This document shows positions 38,660 to 51,684 of a DNA stretch of 64,000 nt, piece by piece. Under the pieces are notes generated by a model. It was not told the DNA's origin. It saw only the letters and a list, made by a program, of their open reading frames with translations, and did not search any database. The position numbers and the translations under genes were made by a program. Numbering within the stretch: the stretch's first letter is position 1; each line of letters opens with the position of its first letter. This DNA is from Sphaerodactylus townsendi (lineage: Eukaryota). Location: assembly GCF_021028975.2 (NCBI RefSeq), contig NC_059431.1:53072001-53136000 (forward strand). Direction: 5' to 3'.

Positions 38660-39025
38660 CAGTTCCTAACTCTACCAAATCTTCAAAGTAGGCCAATCTG
38701 CAAAAAATGCACACGTAAGTTTGGAATGTCTTGCTTGTATGTTTGCACTATGAAGAATAGACTCCGCAATCCCGTCTCTGAATTCACTGATAACCAAAAA
38801 TATGTTGTTAGTAGTGTAAGTGAGGGTGATGGAGAAGAATTATTTCCTCATTTCTATAGGCATTGGAACAGAAAAATTCAATACTCTATTATACTCAGCA
38901 GAACTTGTGAGTTTAACAAGTTACAACTCACTGACATTCAAACATTTTAGGTACTCCTTAAGTGGATTTAGTTTAAAGGCATTTCTGAAAATGCAGTGCA
39001 GTTCTTCCTGAATTCTACTTTCTGC

Positions 39026-39809
39026 TGTGGCTTTGCATGCAATAAATAGCAGCAACCGAATCACCGGGAGCAGCCATTGCGGCTGTGGTGAGCAAATAGG
39101 AAAAGGGTGGTTGCTTGCAAGATGCAATGCCTAGCAGTAAGCTTGCAGAAGGTCTGCATTGATTGGCTCCAAGCCTAAAAGGGGGGAGGAGCCAAGGTAT
39201 AAAGGGCGCCACACCCTGAGCTCGGCCTTCTTGGCTGCCAAGACTCAAGAACGGCGTGGCCCACCCTCCCTCCCTATGTGTTCATGATTGTTGTATTGCA
39301 TGTGTTTCTGTTTATAATTTGTCGCAGCCCGGCGGGTTGGCAACGGGAGTCGCAACATCTGGGGGAGAAGCCGAGCCAGGCGGCCGGTCTTCTCCCATGC
39401 TTGTGCCCTGCGGAAGGGCCGGGGTGTGTGGTGGGCCGGTAGGCAAGCCGGTAGGCTTAGCCGGTGCCCGACACCCCATGGTGTGGGGTTGGGTCGGGCT
39501 GGTAGGCGGCCGGTAGGCTTAGCCGGTGCCCGACACCCCAGCAAGCTTGGGAGGATGGCGGGCCAGTAGGCGGCCGGTAGGCTTAGCCGGTGCCCGCCTC
39601 CTCAGCAGCAGGAAGGGTTGAAGCCAAGGGGTTCGCCCCTCGGCCTCCCAGCTTCCTGCAGGTGGCCCCAATGGAGATTGGGGAATCGCATTTGCTGCCC
39701 AGCTTCTCTGTATATAGTTATGTAATGTGTAATAAATTGGGCTGCGGCCCAATCCATTTTCCAAGCCTGTCGTTGTAGTGTATTGATTTGCCGGAGAAGG
39801 GTCTCACCA
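39026..39809 (+). mobile_element. Solo LTR (784 bp), CpG-rich, with an internal tandem repeat
   Basis: TGTGG...CACCA termini; perfect 5-bp TSD TCTGC (39021-39025, 39810-39814); TATAAA at ~39198 and AATAAA at ~39731; three copies of GCCGGTAGGCTTAGCCGGTGCCCG. Confidence 0.88.
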
Positions 39810-40159
39810 TCTGCACGCAAATTGAACATAGTGCAGAAATGTATGATAACTGAACCACTCTCCTCGCTACACTAACTCTATAGTGAACTAAAACAAGGAG
39901 GAGCCAATTAATGTCCCAAGGGGCGGATCTGCCAACAGTCTGCCAACGTTCATGCCAACCACTACCAAAGATCTCAACCCACAGTGTCTGGAGTGGTGCC
40001 AACTGGGGTGGGGGGGGAGTAGAGTCCGACATGAAGATGTCTAGGAGCAGGGAGCGACAGCTCCAATGTCCACAACACAAGAGCAAATGACCACTGCATA
40101 GGAGCTGCTGCCACCAGCCCCTGATGAAGGACTTCCACAAGGTGGATAACTTGCTTCTC

Positions 40160-40231
40160 AGGTGCTCAAAAGGGATATGTTGTTTCTGCCAAGGCTGTCT
40201 CCTGATGGATAATTTCTGCCATTAAACATGT
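40160..40231 (+). pseudogene. DIRS-like tyrosine recombinase fragment (upstream piece)
   Basis: Translates KGYVVSAKAVS*WIISAIK, resembling the KG..VS.QRLS.WI...I motif of vertebrate DIRS1 recombinases. Confidence 0.5.
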
Positions 40232-40373
40232 TGTGACAGACTGCAGAAGAAAAGTTAATTCTAAAGGTGCAGATCTGTCTGAAGCAAGGCATTGTTTAGA
40301 TTCAAAGTAAGGCATAAAGGCTTTTGCTCTGATTCATCAAAAGATACAAGTGCGGCCAGTGGTTGTTGGGCAA

Positions 40374-41011
40374 TGTGCAGGCTAGGCGGGGCTGGTGTGC
40401 TGCCACAGCAACATGCAGTACAAAGAAGGCTCAGAGCTAGGGCTGTGCTGCTGACAGTTCAACAAGGAATCATTCCAAAGATACCACGTCCGTGGAAGAG
40501 TCCAAAGATGTCAATCAGGCCAGAAATTGAACACCAGGAATGTATACAGCAACAAGGAGAAGCCGAGAATCAAGGTCAGAAGTCAGTCAGTAGTCAGTCA
40601 GGATCTGGAGATAGCAATGGTATGCAGACAAGGTCAGGTAGAACACAGTTTGCAACCACAATTGCAATTCCTGCCAATGGCCTTCTATTCCTCAGAATTA
40701 CTTGCCTGGGACTGCTCCTGCAAAGGCTCTGGGTGTTGCCTAGCCTGTGATCTTTCTGAGCAGCATCCCTCCTTTAAGGCCCCTCTCAGTCTCTGTCTGC
40801 AATGCTGGCTTACATCTGGAGACCCAAAGCTGCTAGCATCTTCTTTAGCCCTGCTAATTAGTTCTGTGCCAGAAGCCTGTGTCAGTTGAGGCTCTACTAG
40901 TTCAGGTGGCGTCTCTCTGCGAGGCTCAGTTAACCCTTTCTCAGATGAGCAGTCAACGGCAGAAAGGGGCTTCCTTAGAGGAGCTGTCAGTTGCAGTGGG
41001 GGGGCATGACT
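40374..41011 (-). mobile_element. Solo LTR (638 bp), related to 55519-56864
   Basis: Plus-strand start TGTGCAGGCT...GGTGTGCTGCCA..GCAAC shared with 55519; ends GGCATGACT; TSD GGCAA/GGCAG. Confidence 0.7.
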
Positions 41012-42225
41012 GGCAGAAGTAGCGTGCTTCCACCACAGAGAATATTCCTCACTGCACTTAGACCTTTTGTTGGAAAAATATTCCCAGTGGGGCAGGGTGA
41101 CAAGGTGCCTGCTGCCCCACCAGGTTGTACCAGCCTTCCACCGGCACACCTAGAAGGGAGGGGTCATTTGATCCAAGCACCATTTGCCCACTGCTTTTCC
41201 ATCACAGCTGTGGCTTCTGCCGCCTGCTCCCAACTCCCCTCTCACTCACCTGCTGCTTTTCCTGTGCACCTGAAGCTTCTGCTGCCCACCTGCCTTCCCT
41301 CAAACTCCTCACTTGCTCCTGTCACCTTAAATCAGGTCCACCATTTTACATGTTCAACTCTGTCATTGGTGTAAGGTAAGTGTGGCTTATTTTTTAAAAA
41401 GTTTTGCGAGTTTGATGAGGAAATCACTCCAATGGTTCCATGGAATATGTCTTGCTTTCAGTGGGAATGAAGGGGGCTTGGGAGGGCTGGTGTCCACTAG
41501 AACCCAAGTGGAACTACAAAGAAGGCACAGGAAGTGACAGCGGCAGATGACTTCAAAATCTCCTGAGATCTTCTGGTGAGACAGAAAATAGGAACAAGAG
41601 AAGCCACCTGGTTGGCTATGGCAGCCTGCACTCTGATTGGCCCAATGGCTAGATGATACAGAGAGGAGGTTAAGTCCATGACAGAACAATTTGAGAGTCT
41701 TTTGAACTTTAGAGTTCTTGGTGTTAAGAGGGACCATGCCTTAACTGAGTTTTGAAGCATAATATCTCTGAGGGGAGTAGTTCAGCCGAAGTGTGTGACT
41801 GATTTTACTATTATAAACCTGACAGCTGGGTGAAAACAATAACATATAAAGAATGAGAGAACTGGTAAGGGGTTTATTGAGTGGCCAAACTGAAGGGCCA
41901 TACATATAAACCAGTGAGGACTATCTTCAAGTGAGGGAAGAATTCCTGGATACCAGTTAATCTGAGGTATTGGGTTACCTCAATAGAGTTTTATGTTTTA
42001 GTTTTGTAACTGTGAGGGCTGAGTGAGGGTACTGAGTATACGTACCAAGCCTGTTAGAACCCTGTGTGTATGAACAAGCCACTAGCCGGAACATCTTGAG
42101 TATACCATCTAAGAAACAACAATATAACATCTAAGCTGAACTGTAACTGAGAACTGAAACTGAACAATCTTATGAAGTCTGTGTTTAAAGAATTAAATAC
42201 CGAATCTCTGTGCCAAGCTCTAGCG

Positions 42226-42738
42226 CAGTGATGGCGAACCTTTTCAAGACCGATTGCCCAAATTGCAACCCAAAACCCACTTATTTATTGCAAAGTGCCA
42301 ACACGGCAATTTAACCTGAATACTGAGGTTTTAGTTTAGAAAAAACAGTTGGCTCCAAGGCTTGCATTACTCGGGAGTAAACTTGGTGGTAGTTGGTGGC
42401 TTTGCTTTGAAGCAACTGTGCAACTCTTCCAACGGGTGAATCACGACCCTAGGAGGGTTTACTCAGAAGCAAGCACCATTGCCAGCAACTGAGCTTACTC
42501 CCAGGTAAAGGATCACGCTTTAGTTCTTCGCATGAAAATCAGTGGGGTTTAATAGTGCTTAACAGGGTTACCTACACTGCTTCCCCAAAACTAGGTCTTA
42601 GATTTAATGCTAATAATCAAGCCCAGCAGCCCAGGCCAGCCTAGATGTGTGGGAGGAAGGGCACTCTGTTTGCGTGTGCCCACAGGGAGGGCTTTGAGTG
42701 CCACCTCTGGCACCCGTGCCAGAGGTTTGCCACCACTG
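42226..42738. mobile_element. hAT MITE (longer copy of the 22199-22626 family)
   Basis: TIRs CAGTGATGGCGAACC / GGTTTGCCACCACTG; 8-bp TSD CTCTAGCG/CTCTAGCA. Confidence 0.92.
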
Positions 42739-43099
42739 CTCTAGCATATATATATTTCTCCTGGTTATTTGTCTCATCCATTCCATCTCTCCAAGTTATT
42801 TATCTTCTTTTTCCATCTCCTCTGTTAATAAACCTTTTATTCTGTTTGAATTTAAAATCTGCCTCAGTATTTATTTTGTGTGCCTTATTAAGGGGTTTGC
42901 CTAGGAAAGTTTGAGTCAATGGGCATCCTTCACCATCTGGGCCAGGTTCAGGGCTGAGGGAAAGTACTTGTATTATACCAAATGCTACCATTTCTGAAGT
43001 ACCTTAGTCCCTGAAGGGAAAAGGTGGGAAAATTTGACAAGCTAGATAAGTGAGTGGTCCCTGCCTGAAGAAGTTAATGTGAGAGGGTCCATCTCACAT

Positions 43100-43650
43100 G
43101 CCTATACTCTGTCGAAAGTAGACTCTGTTTTTTGGGTCAAGGCACTCTTTATTGAGAACATAATTTTCTTCAGTGACATTCCTAAGTAGAGTGGCTAACC
43201 TCTACAATGCTGCCACATGGTCCTTGCCCTCAACCTTCATTAAACACTACTCCATCAGTGTTGATTCCAGAAATGATATGGCTGTGGGCAAAGCAGTGTT
43301 ATAGTCATTACTTCGTTGAGGAGACCACATCCACATCCTTTGTTAAATGAGCTTGCTATTATCCCATGTGGAATTGCATAGAAGTCACGGAGATGAGAAG
43401 AAGACTGCCCTTACCTGTAACTGGCTCCCTCCCTCCTATCCCTCCTGTCCAAGCCCCTATTGTGTGCCAGTTTGGGTAGGAAATGCCAGCAAATGATGGG
43501 AAAAGGGCAGAGTAGTCTGAGAGCTCTGGAAAGACCTAGAAAGCTTTAGAAATCCATCTTTGCAGCTGGCCTGTGTGTGCACAGTCCCCCTGTGGGTGTG
43601 TGCACAGAAAACCATTAGATTTGCAATAGTTACATGTAAGTACAACCTTG
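43100..43650 (+). mobile_element. DIRS1-like retrotransposon 3' remnant (recombinase C-terminus plus terminal region)
   Basis: 43209-43301 translates AATWSLPSTFIKHYSISVDSRNDMAVGKAVL (AATWS...TF..HY with the catalytic Tyr); inverted pair CTTACCTGTAACT (~43410) / AGTTACATGTAAG (~43628). Confidence 0.72.
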
Positions 43651-44079
43651 TGTCTGCAAAGGAAGTAGACCTATAAGCAAATAAGCAGTAGAGCAGAAGA
43701 AGGAACCTAAATAAGGAACCTAAATAGATGAAGAAGTTGAAAAATGTTTTCCAGCTGAAAGAAAGAATAATTTCTGTTTAGAGAAAGCAATATCAACATC
43801 TCCCAAAGAAAACCAAGTGAAGTTTTGTACTCTATAGTCATTTGGTTAAGTAAGTGGGAATGAGTTCTACAGACTTTTGCAAGTAGGGTAACTGGAGATG
43901 TGAAGGTTAGGCAATTTAAAATTAATAATTGAAGAATAAATCTCTAACTGAATCAATGACTCTTTTAGAGCCCTGTTGCTCTGAGGTAAGAAATTCAACA
44001 GGTGTTGGCAGTTACCTATTTACTATGTGATTTTGTGGGCTTAGTTAGAATATCAGGGATGTAGAATGGTAAAGAATAG

Positions 44080-44215
44080 CTTGATCTCGTCAGATCTTGG
44101 AACCTAATCTTGGTACTTGGATGAAAGAATACCAAGGGAAGACTTTGCAGAGAAAGGCAATGATAAATCACTCTTGAAACCCTTGTGGGGTTGTTGTGTC
44201 TTGACGACACTTTAC
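44080..44215 (+). mobile_element. 5S rRNA-headed SINE (decayed)
   Basis: GATCTCGTCAGATCTTGGAA...GTACTTGGATG, then the AAGGCAATGATAAA tail shared with the copy at ~57990. Confidence 0.65.
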
Positions 44216-47178
44216 ACACAGTTATAGTAACAATACACTGTTCTAATTCATTTTTCCAGTCATACCTGGGGAATCAGGTTAAGAATAATACTCTCAGAAG
44301 AACTTACAGCTTCATGGCACTATCAAAGAAGACACATTGTGGAAATCCTAAGCTCAACAGAAACATAAGGGAGTGAGAACAAAGTACTCTAGAAAACTGA
44401 AAGTCTTCAGGGTATGCTTTGCTATATTACTGTGAGGTCAAAACGTATAAGGAAATGATAGAAACTGATGCATTGTTGAAAGTTACAAATGACCAGGCTT
44501 CTTTTCCATTGTCTTATTTGTGAAAATACTGCTATCATTTGAATGGCTAAAAAGTCCTTCATTATATGCATCCACCTGTACTTGTGATATGCCAGGCAAA
44601 ATCCACTTTACAGTTTTCCTTTCTTTTGCAAAGGCTTTTAGTCTCAATTTGAACTATCTAATAAGAAAACATTCAAGAAACTGTCACTGAAATGACACAG
44701 CAAGCCATTTCTGTCGTCAGGAACTGATGCTGTGTGACTAGAAATGCTGCTCATACAAATACACTAAAGCTGTTATCAGGTTATGCTGCCTAAAATCTTC
44801 TATATTAACCTAACATTTTGACAACACTGGCAACTTTTCAGGTCAAGCCTGAACATTTGATATTTTGGATTAAAACACATTAACCTTTAAAAACAAATAC
44901 ACAGTGTCATACATCTAAAAAAAATCCTTTATCAAACTGTTGCATTCTAAAGGTTACTTACTACCGTGTCTGTATTTTCAGTGCTTGTTTGTCAGTATTC
45001 TAAATTTTAACCCTTCATAATACAATTTGACATGTATAACTATTCCTTTGATTAGTACTTTCAAATAATTTTCTGCATATATTAATTCTATAAACCAGTT
45101 TTAGATTGAACTGGCCTGTTACAGTAGACTTCATTAGCCAGAATACAAACAAGGAAAACATGAACTACAATTCAAAGGAAAGGGAAAGCCTTTCCCCTCC
45201 CTAGCAGGTATACCTCTTCAAAATAGAGTGATGATTCCATAAAGAAGGTACTATGGCTTCAGGTTCTTATTAGCAGGAAACTACAGCATGGGATTCACTC
45301 TACCCCAGCCATGTCCTTGTTCAGTTCTCAATATGTCACAATTTTTATGTGCTTTAATTCAAAAGCTCGCAGTCCATTATGATAAAAGAGCACGCCCAAT
45401 TTACTCTGTTATGTTCCTCCAAATGTATGAGGATGCATACACCTGAATTCATGGAGAAAAATTAACGTGACTATTGTGAACTAAGCAGCTTAGAAACAGG
45501 GTGAAAACAGTCACAGATATTTTCTGCAAACTGCAGCTGAAATAAGGGAAATGGCTATTGGCTCTCCATGTGTATCAAAAGATTTACACTGTAGTCCTTT
45601 ATGCATGCAGAACTTACCCTAAGGCTGTTTGTTTGCAATGGGGTTTTCCTGTGTTTTTTCATTTACACAGTATTCCTACTGACCCACCATTTTGCCCCCC
45701 CTTCCCATGCTTCCTGGTTGCTTCTGCAACTCCAATGGGGCATTTCAATGGTCTATCTAAATTGTTTAAATAAATAAATAAATCTCATTGCTCCTCCTGA
45801 AATGCCAGCCAGAGGAGTGGGCAGAACTGTTGGCTGGAGGAAGGCAGAGAGAAGTGTGGAAACCCAAATGAAGCTGCATGCATGCTGATCCCCTTTTCTC
45901 CCTGCAGAAGAAGACAAAAAAAAATCACACTTTAACTATGTGTTGGAAATTGCACAGAGTCTGAAGTTCTGAAGAGGAGAAAATGTATGCATAGCTGAAA
46001 ATTCAACCCAAAGGGAATGTATGCCGAACATGAAGGAGACCATAAGTCTGTAAATGGCCTAAGTTATCTTTATGACATTGTCAATCAGCACATTGGATTG
46101 CATGGAGGAATTTAGCAGTAGGAAGTTATTTTAATAAGTGATATGGGGACATTAATATACTTCCAGTACAGCCTTGTGCACCCCCAAAATTAGAACTGCG
46201 GTTTGAGAAACCCTAGGGAAAAGTGTAAGAACTTACTGTGATAACTTACTACAGGGAACTTACTACAGGGAAAGAGAGAATTGGCAAAAATCAGTGATTA
46301 CTCTCCTAGAGTACAAATAGAAATGAATTCTGTTCATGCAGTGGCACTTAGCGTTTAAGCCAGTGGACTGGATCCTACAAATCGTGGGTTTGGTCCAGCC
46401 AGCATTTTTCTGAAAAAGAATTGGGGGGGTGCCTTTGTTTATAAAAGGGTGGTGCCTTTGTTTATAAAAAAAAACACCCTATGCTGGATATTATGGGATC
46501 TGAAGGACAAAAACCATGTAGAATGATAGCTGCAATAAGGAGGGGAATTGATTAAAAAGTTGGCTGGATCCAACCCATGTGTACAAATAACTCACAGGTG
46601 AAAATTTGTCTTGCATTCTCCTTCCTCTTAATAGCTCACTGTGACTCCTAAAAAGCCAATGCTGGAGGCTGTGGAACTACTGTGGTCAAAATGTGGGGTG
46701 GCATGGGGGCTCAGAAGGCAAGGGAACTAAATCAAATAATCTCTTTTTCATGCTAGAAGACAGGGGTATGTGTTTGCCTGATTTCCTCTCCTCCCTCCTG
46801 ATGGCATTTTGTCTGTTAGGTTCCCTAATTCTTAGCACTGGCTTTTCAGAAAAAAAACAGGGGACTACTGCAGGAGGAGGAAAGTTCTAGTTTGTAAGAT
46901 CTGGCCCATTGTTTTTCAAAGAAGCACATTTAAGCTCTAATGTATTAAAGAAATTGTGGGACATTAAATCAAAAGCATTGAAATATACTCATTGCAAGGT
47001 ATGAATGTGGAGAAATCTAGTCAAGGGCATAATTTGTAAAAATGTCTATTTCAAAAACTTCTGTAAAATTAATGGGAAATACACAAGATGTGGAAAAATA
47101 CCTTTCAAAATATCACTTTGAAAGCACTAATAAAAATCAGCAGGATGGTACACTTGAATAATTATTCCATGTCCATTT

Positions 47179-47878
47179 TTTATTAAGGGTTCTATTCAAA
47201 ATAATGACTTATCAAAATCCTATATTTTTGAACCAGTTATTTGAGATTTCAGATTTGTACATCTCAAAACGCACATGTGGGTGGCATCAATGGATAATTA
47301 GTTTTTAATTAAGTCTAGCCTCCCCTTTATACAGAGTTCAGGAAAAGGAGACATCACTCGCAAACCAATAGGAACAACCAAAGCAAAAGAAGGTATGAAA
47401 GAAAAAGAAGCAATATAATACATTGCTGAAACTACCCACAGAACTAGCTGGAATCCAATTCAAGATCCTTTTAACATTGGGTTTATGCATACAGGAAAAG
47501 TAGAAGGTTTTTCTAACCGGCTTTTTAATCATGAATGTATAGTTTAGAAAAAACCAATAGTGTTTCCTTTATATGTAAACTTAAATATATATTGCATCAT
47601 GAAAAGTTGCGCACCCTCAGTAACCGTTTCGACAACTGCAGAGGTTTAGGTTAATAATTAAACATTTAAAACAATCAGATATATTTGACTATGTTTCTCT
47701 TCCAACTTTTTCACTAGTGGAACAAACATAAACTTCCCTAAAACTAAAAGCTTTGTACTAAAACTGAATATGTAGTTTAAAAAAAGCAAAAATGTTAATA
47801 AAGAATCTTAACAAATTTCAAATGTTCAGTCCAAATCTGTTGACTGTAGAAATTATCTCTTTAATATCATGTAATGAG
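47179..47878 (-). other. FBXL17: Proximal FBXL17 3' UTR, to a candidate AATAAA (47179-47184); the true UTR may extend further left
   Basis: AT-rich, repeat-free sequence after the stop codon; plus-strand TTTATT at 47179-47184. Confidence 0.5.
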
Positions 47879-48016
47879 TTAAGAGGCAGTGGACATGCTG
47901 GGTGTCCAACCCATCTGGTATGCTCGTTCCAAGGTCCTCTTGCAGTCTTGTAGTACAGTACTGAAGGTTATGTGTGGGTGCTGCTGTACTAGTTGTTCTA
48001 CAGTAACTTCATTCAC
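47879..48016 (-). CDS. FBXL17: F-box/LRR-repeat protein 17, terminal coding exon
   Basis: Minus strand ttttttgctcgtag|GTG... translates VNEVTVEQLVQQHPHITFSTVLQDCKRTLERAYQMGWTPSMSTAS-TAA, which I recognise as the FBXL17 C-terminus. Phase-0 acceptor AG at 48017-48018. Below the 60-aa cutoff of the ORF track. Confidence 0.95.
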   Translation of the reverse strand: MNEVTVEQLVQQHPHITFSTVLQDCKRTLERAYQMGWTPSMSTAS

Positions 48017-50139
48017 CTACGAGCAAAAAAATAATCTGTCATTCACATGGCTTTTAACACAACCCAACCTATGGATGCGAGTGGAAAGTGGGAGAGTTCA
48101 TTTGGATGCTAGCAATAAGACATTTACTAGTTAAAAGGTCTTTACAACCATACTCTCAAGATGGTTGAGAGCAGTTTTATTTTCATCTTTCAATGCTAAG
48201 GTCCTACGTGTGCAATAGCTGACATGGTGGAAATCAGTAATTAAAATGTACAAGCCCAGCAGGTGAGGAATATCCCTGGTAGACCTTAGCCAGAGATACC
48301 ACCTTTATTCCTTGATCACACAAAGCAATCAGACAGGCATAATTAAATCCAACACCTTTACATCTTCTGTGCTGTGAGGGGATTAATTTGTCAATTATTC
48401 TTAAACTGATTGTAGTTCATATCATAGAAGCAGACAACCGGCATCATCCATTAGATAAATAAAAGATTAACCTAAGAACCACAACTTTTAGATAGCTTTC
48501 TTTGGAATCTTTATTGAACATTTTAAAATGCATCAATATTTAATTTAAACAGCCAGTTGCCTAATCTGGCAGCCTACCAGTGTTACAATTGCTTACTTTG
48601 TGTTTCCTTTTTTTTACCCAATGTTCAACTAATATAAGATAACAAGTCCAATAACCATAGCAACAACTTTCTTTTCTTGTTGAAAGTAAGCATTTCCTTT
48701 CCTTGAAATTCTTCTTGGAAGAAACATTTTTAAACACAACAAATGCTTCTTAAGTATCTATCTTCTATCACCCTGTTCCAGCCCCCAACGGAAGCAATTG
48801 TGCTAGGCAGTGCAGAGAATGAACAGTGATTGCATTTTATGGCAGGGATAAATGACGGTTTTAATCTACAGTTCTTTTGCTTTGATAATAGAAACACTCA
48901 ATCTTCATTGGGAGATTTGTCAACAGAAGAGCAACTTGGATAGAAAATGGGTTTTACTTCTATTCCAAGTACATAGAGAGACCCTGGAAGCTCTAAACCC
49001 TTTTGTAAACAACTACATTACAGCAACACTGAAGGTACCTTGAAAACAGAAATGGCGTTTAAATAAATCAGAATGAAATCTGTAATGGTACAAGTTCTTC
49101 AGAATATCTGACACACATCAGTAAATTATGTTTTAAATACTAAAATTTTTTTTTGCTCAGAGGAAACTAGCCCCAGGGGGTAGTAGCCCACCCACCACAC
49201 ACATACATGGTAATATAGACCCTACTGTATATAGTTAATGAAGGATTACTGAGGTAATGTAAATAAATTATGTTCTGCTGCATGAAAAATACTATGTAAA
49301 TTCTCAATAGGAATTTAAAAAGTCTGAAGTGTTCAAATATGATAGAAACTAAAACCACTGGAGAGAAAAAGTGTAATGATTTCTCCTCATAAACAAATGG
49401 GAAGAAATGAATATAATGTCATGTTAATTCAATATAACTTTAATACAAATAGCTTGGATTTTCTGGCCTATTTCCCAATGGGACCTATTTTTTTCCAGTG
49501 CATTGTATAATATAATTTTAATTACAGCATTCCATCTATCAAATCTTATATTTACTAGAAAGAATATATGACAGTGAATATATGATATCCCTCTAAGAGA
49601 AACGAATACATAAAAGCAGATAACCCTGAATTTAAGATGGCTCTCCCAAAGAGGAAAGCCAATCAGCAAGCCATCAGGAGATGTCCTCCTCCCACTAGCT
49701 TCTACCTTCTCCTTTCCACCCCCTCCCTACTTGGTGCTGGTATCGCCTCTTTCTCTCACCCCTTATAATTCACAGAGAAGAATTAGTGCAATTCTACTAT
49801 CAGATAATAAGCTGAGCACATGCCTGCTCAGCTCAGATCCATGAAATTACCACCAAGGCAGTATCTGTGGAGCTCCATTAATATTGGGACTGACTGCTGG
49901 CCTCTCTTCCTCTGTGTTTCCCGGCTCAGATGCAAAGAGAGAGAGAGCACCCAACAATGTTTTCAGTTTGTGGAACCAGCTTTGACAATACATACAGGAA
50001 TATATTTATTTGTTAACTTCATGCTCTTTGACACTCAAGGTGGATTACCAAATACTTTAAAAAATTTATTCAGCCAGACAAGATGACCAATAAATGATGT
50101 CATAGGACTAGGAGTGTGTGTGTGCGTGTGTGTGTGTGT

Positions 50140-50335
50140 GTGTGTAAAGTGCTGTCAAGCAGAAGCTGATTTATGGCAACCTCTTATTGGATTTTCAAGG
50201 CAAGAGATCAACAGAGGTGGTTTGCCATTGCTTGCCTCTACATAGCAACCCTGGACTTCTTTGGTGGTCTCCCATCCAAGTATTGACCAGGGCTGACCCT
50301 GCTTAGCTTCTGAGATTTGACATAATTGAGCTACC
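50140..50335 (-). mobile_element. 5S rRNA-headed SINE with (CA)n tail
   Basis: Reverse complement TCTCAGAAGCTAAGCAGGGTCAGCCCTGGTCAATACTTGGATGGGAGACCACC (5S-like), then a GAGGCAAGCAATGGCAAACCACCTCTG tail ending at the TG repeat ~50115-50145. Confidence 0.8.
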
Positions 50336-50479
50336 CTGGGACAACCATGTTAAGGTCCAACGAGGATAACACAACTGGAAAACAATTTTAAAAACCCTGT
50401 CTAGGGTACGATATACTAGTGGACTACAAAGGTAGAAGACAATTATGCAAAAGCAAGAGCTCCGCAAGACACTCTTCAA

Positions 50480-50715
50480 ACATGGGGAATGAGCATTGAA
50501 ATGACAAATATGATTCAATGCAAACAAGTGTAAAGTGGTACACACTGGGGCAAATAATCCCAGCTTCATATATATATGCTGATGGGATCTGAGCTGGCAG
50601 TGACAGACAAATACAGGGACCTTGGGGTGACAGTGGATAGCTCAACGAAAATGTTGATCCATTGTGCAGCTGCTCTGAAAAAGGCATATTCCATGCAGGG
50701 CAAGGTGGGAGACGT
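50480..50715 (+). mobile_element. CR1 ORF2 fragment
   Basis: FNANKCKVVHTG...YMLMGSELAVTDKYRDLGVTVDSS...CAAALKKA is a CR1 motif series. Confidence 0.8.
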
Positions 50716-50724
50716 AGAGTATGA

Positions 50725-50751
50725 ACATACATACATACATACATACATACA

Positions 50752-50780
<29 letters not shown>
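50725..50780. repeat. (ACAT)n tetranucleotide microsatellite
   Basis: Read directly. Confidence 0.97.
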
Positions 50781-50783
<3 letters not shown>

Positions 50784-51454
50784 AACATGTATGGGCTTTT
50801 GTTGATCTTACACATTTATATGGGGGCACACTCAGAAGGCTTTGTTCAGATGAATGAAACTCACATGGCAGAACATAGCATGATAGGCAGTCATGCTTAA
50901 CTGGGGGGTCCAAAGCCATTAAGACTTTTGTGAGTGACAATCACTACCTTGAATTGAATACACTATCCAGTGAAGTTCCTGAAGAATGGGTATGATATGC
51001 ATGCTCTGTGTCAGGTTGGTGGTTCTGACACTCTGCTTAGTTCCTGATACTAACTGAACTGCAATATTCTGTATCAGCTGGAGGTTCTGAATAGACTATC
51101 AGGTTAGACCTATGTAGGGTGCATTCAGTAGTCTAGCCTTGAGGTGGCAGTGGCATGGGTCCACATGATCAGATTCGGCATGTCAAGGTAGGGAGCCATC
51201 TTCTAGGCTGAATGGAGGTGGATAATAAAATGGGATGCAGAAGTGATCAACCCTGTACCATTTTGATAGCAAAACTCATCTCCACTCTCTCCCTGTAATG
51301 GCTAAGGGTGGACTGTCCACATGGATGATCTGCCAGAAACTACTCCATAACTTCCCCTTTGAGCCAGAAAATATTTGGGGGGAGGGGGAACCAATGTCAT
51401 ATTCAGATCCACCACAGCATCATGTATGGGCTCCCATTTGCTGTGACAGCTTCC

Positions 51455-51684
51455 TAGAGGCGTATCTAGAAAAAATGTAGCCTGGTGCAAAATCTGATCC
51501 ACCCCCCTCCCCCGGTATGGGTGGCTGCCCTCCCCCACCATGACCAAACAACTATTTTTTGCATCAGGTCAACTCAACTGGTGGGAAGGAGGCGGTGTGC
51601 TTGAGGCAATTTTCCCCCACATGACTAAATGGCCACAGCCCAGGGACATTTGGCCCCATATGTCCTCTGGGTGGTATGCCCCTG
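51455..51684. mobile_element. hAT MITE (230 bp)
   Basis: TIRs TAGAGGCGTA / TATGCCCCTG; perfect 8-bp TSD CAGCTTCC (51447-51454, 51685-51692). Confidence 0.82.

Larger units (their letters stand above)
37975..38662 (-). mobile_element. 5'-truncated Penelope-like retroelement (GIY-YIG endonuclease plus 3' pLTR)
   Basis: ORF 38171-38659 followed downstream by the pLTR block containing the hammerhead. Confidence 0.92.
40232..43098 (+). mobile_element. LTR-bounded insertion hosting nested elements
   Basis: TGTGACA...TCTCACA termini (6/7 inverted repeat) separate the two DIRS recombinase pieces; its 3' half resembles 26176-27340; TSD not clean. Confidence 0.45.

Noticed and set aside
47889-48134. 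81-aa plus-strand ORF
   Set aside because: Antisense shadow of the FBXL17 terminal exon.
50260-50335. 5S rRNA gene
   Set aside because: Partial and diverged, joined to a SINE tail, with several dispersed copies in the window; these are SINE heads.
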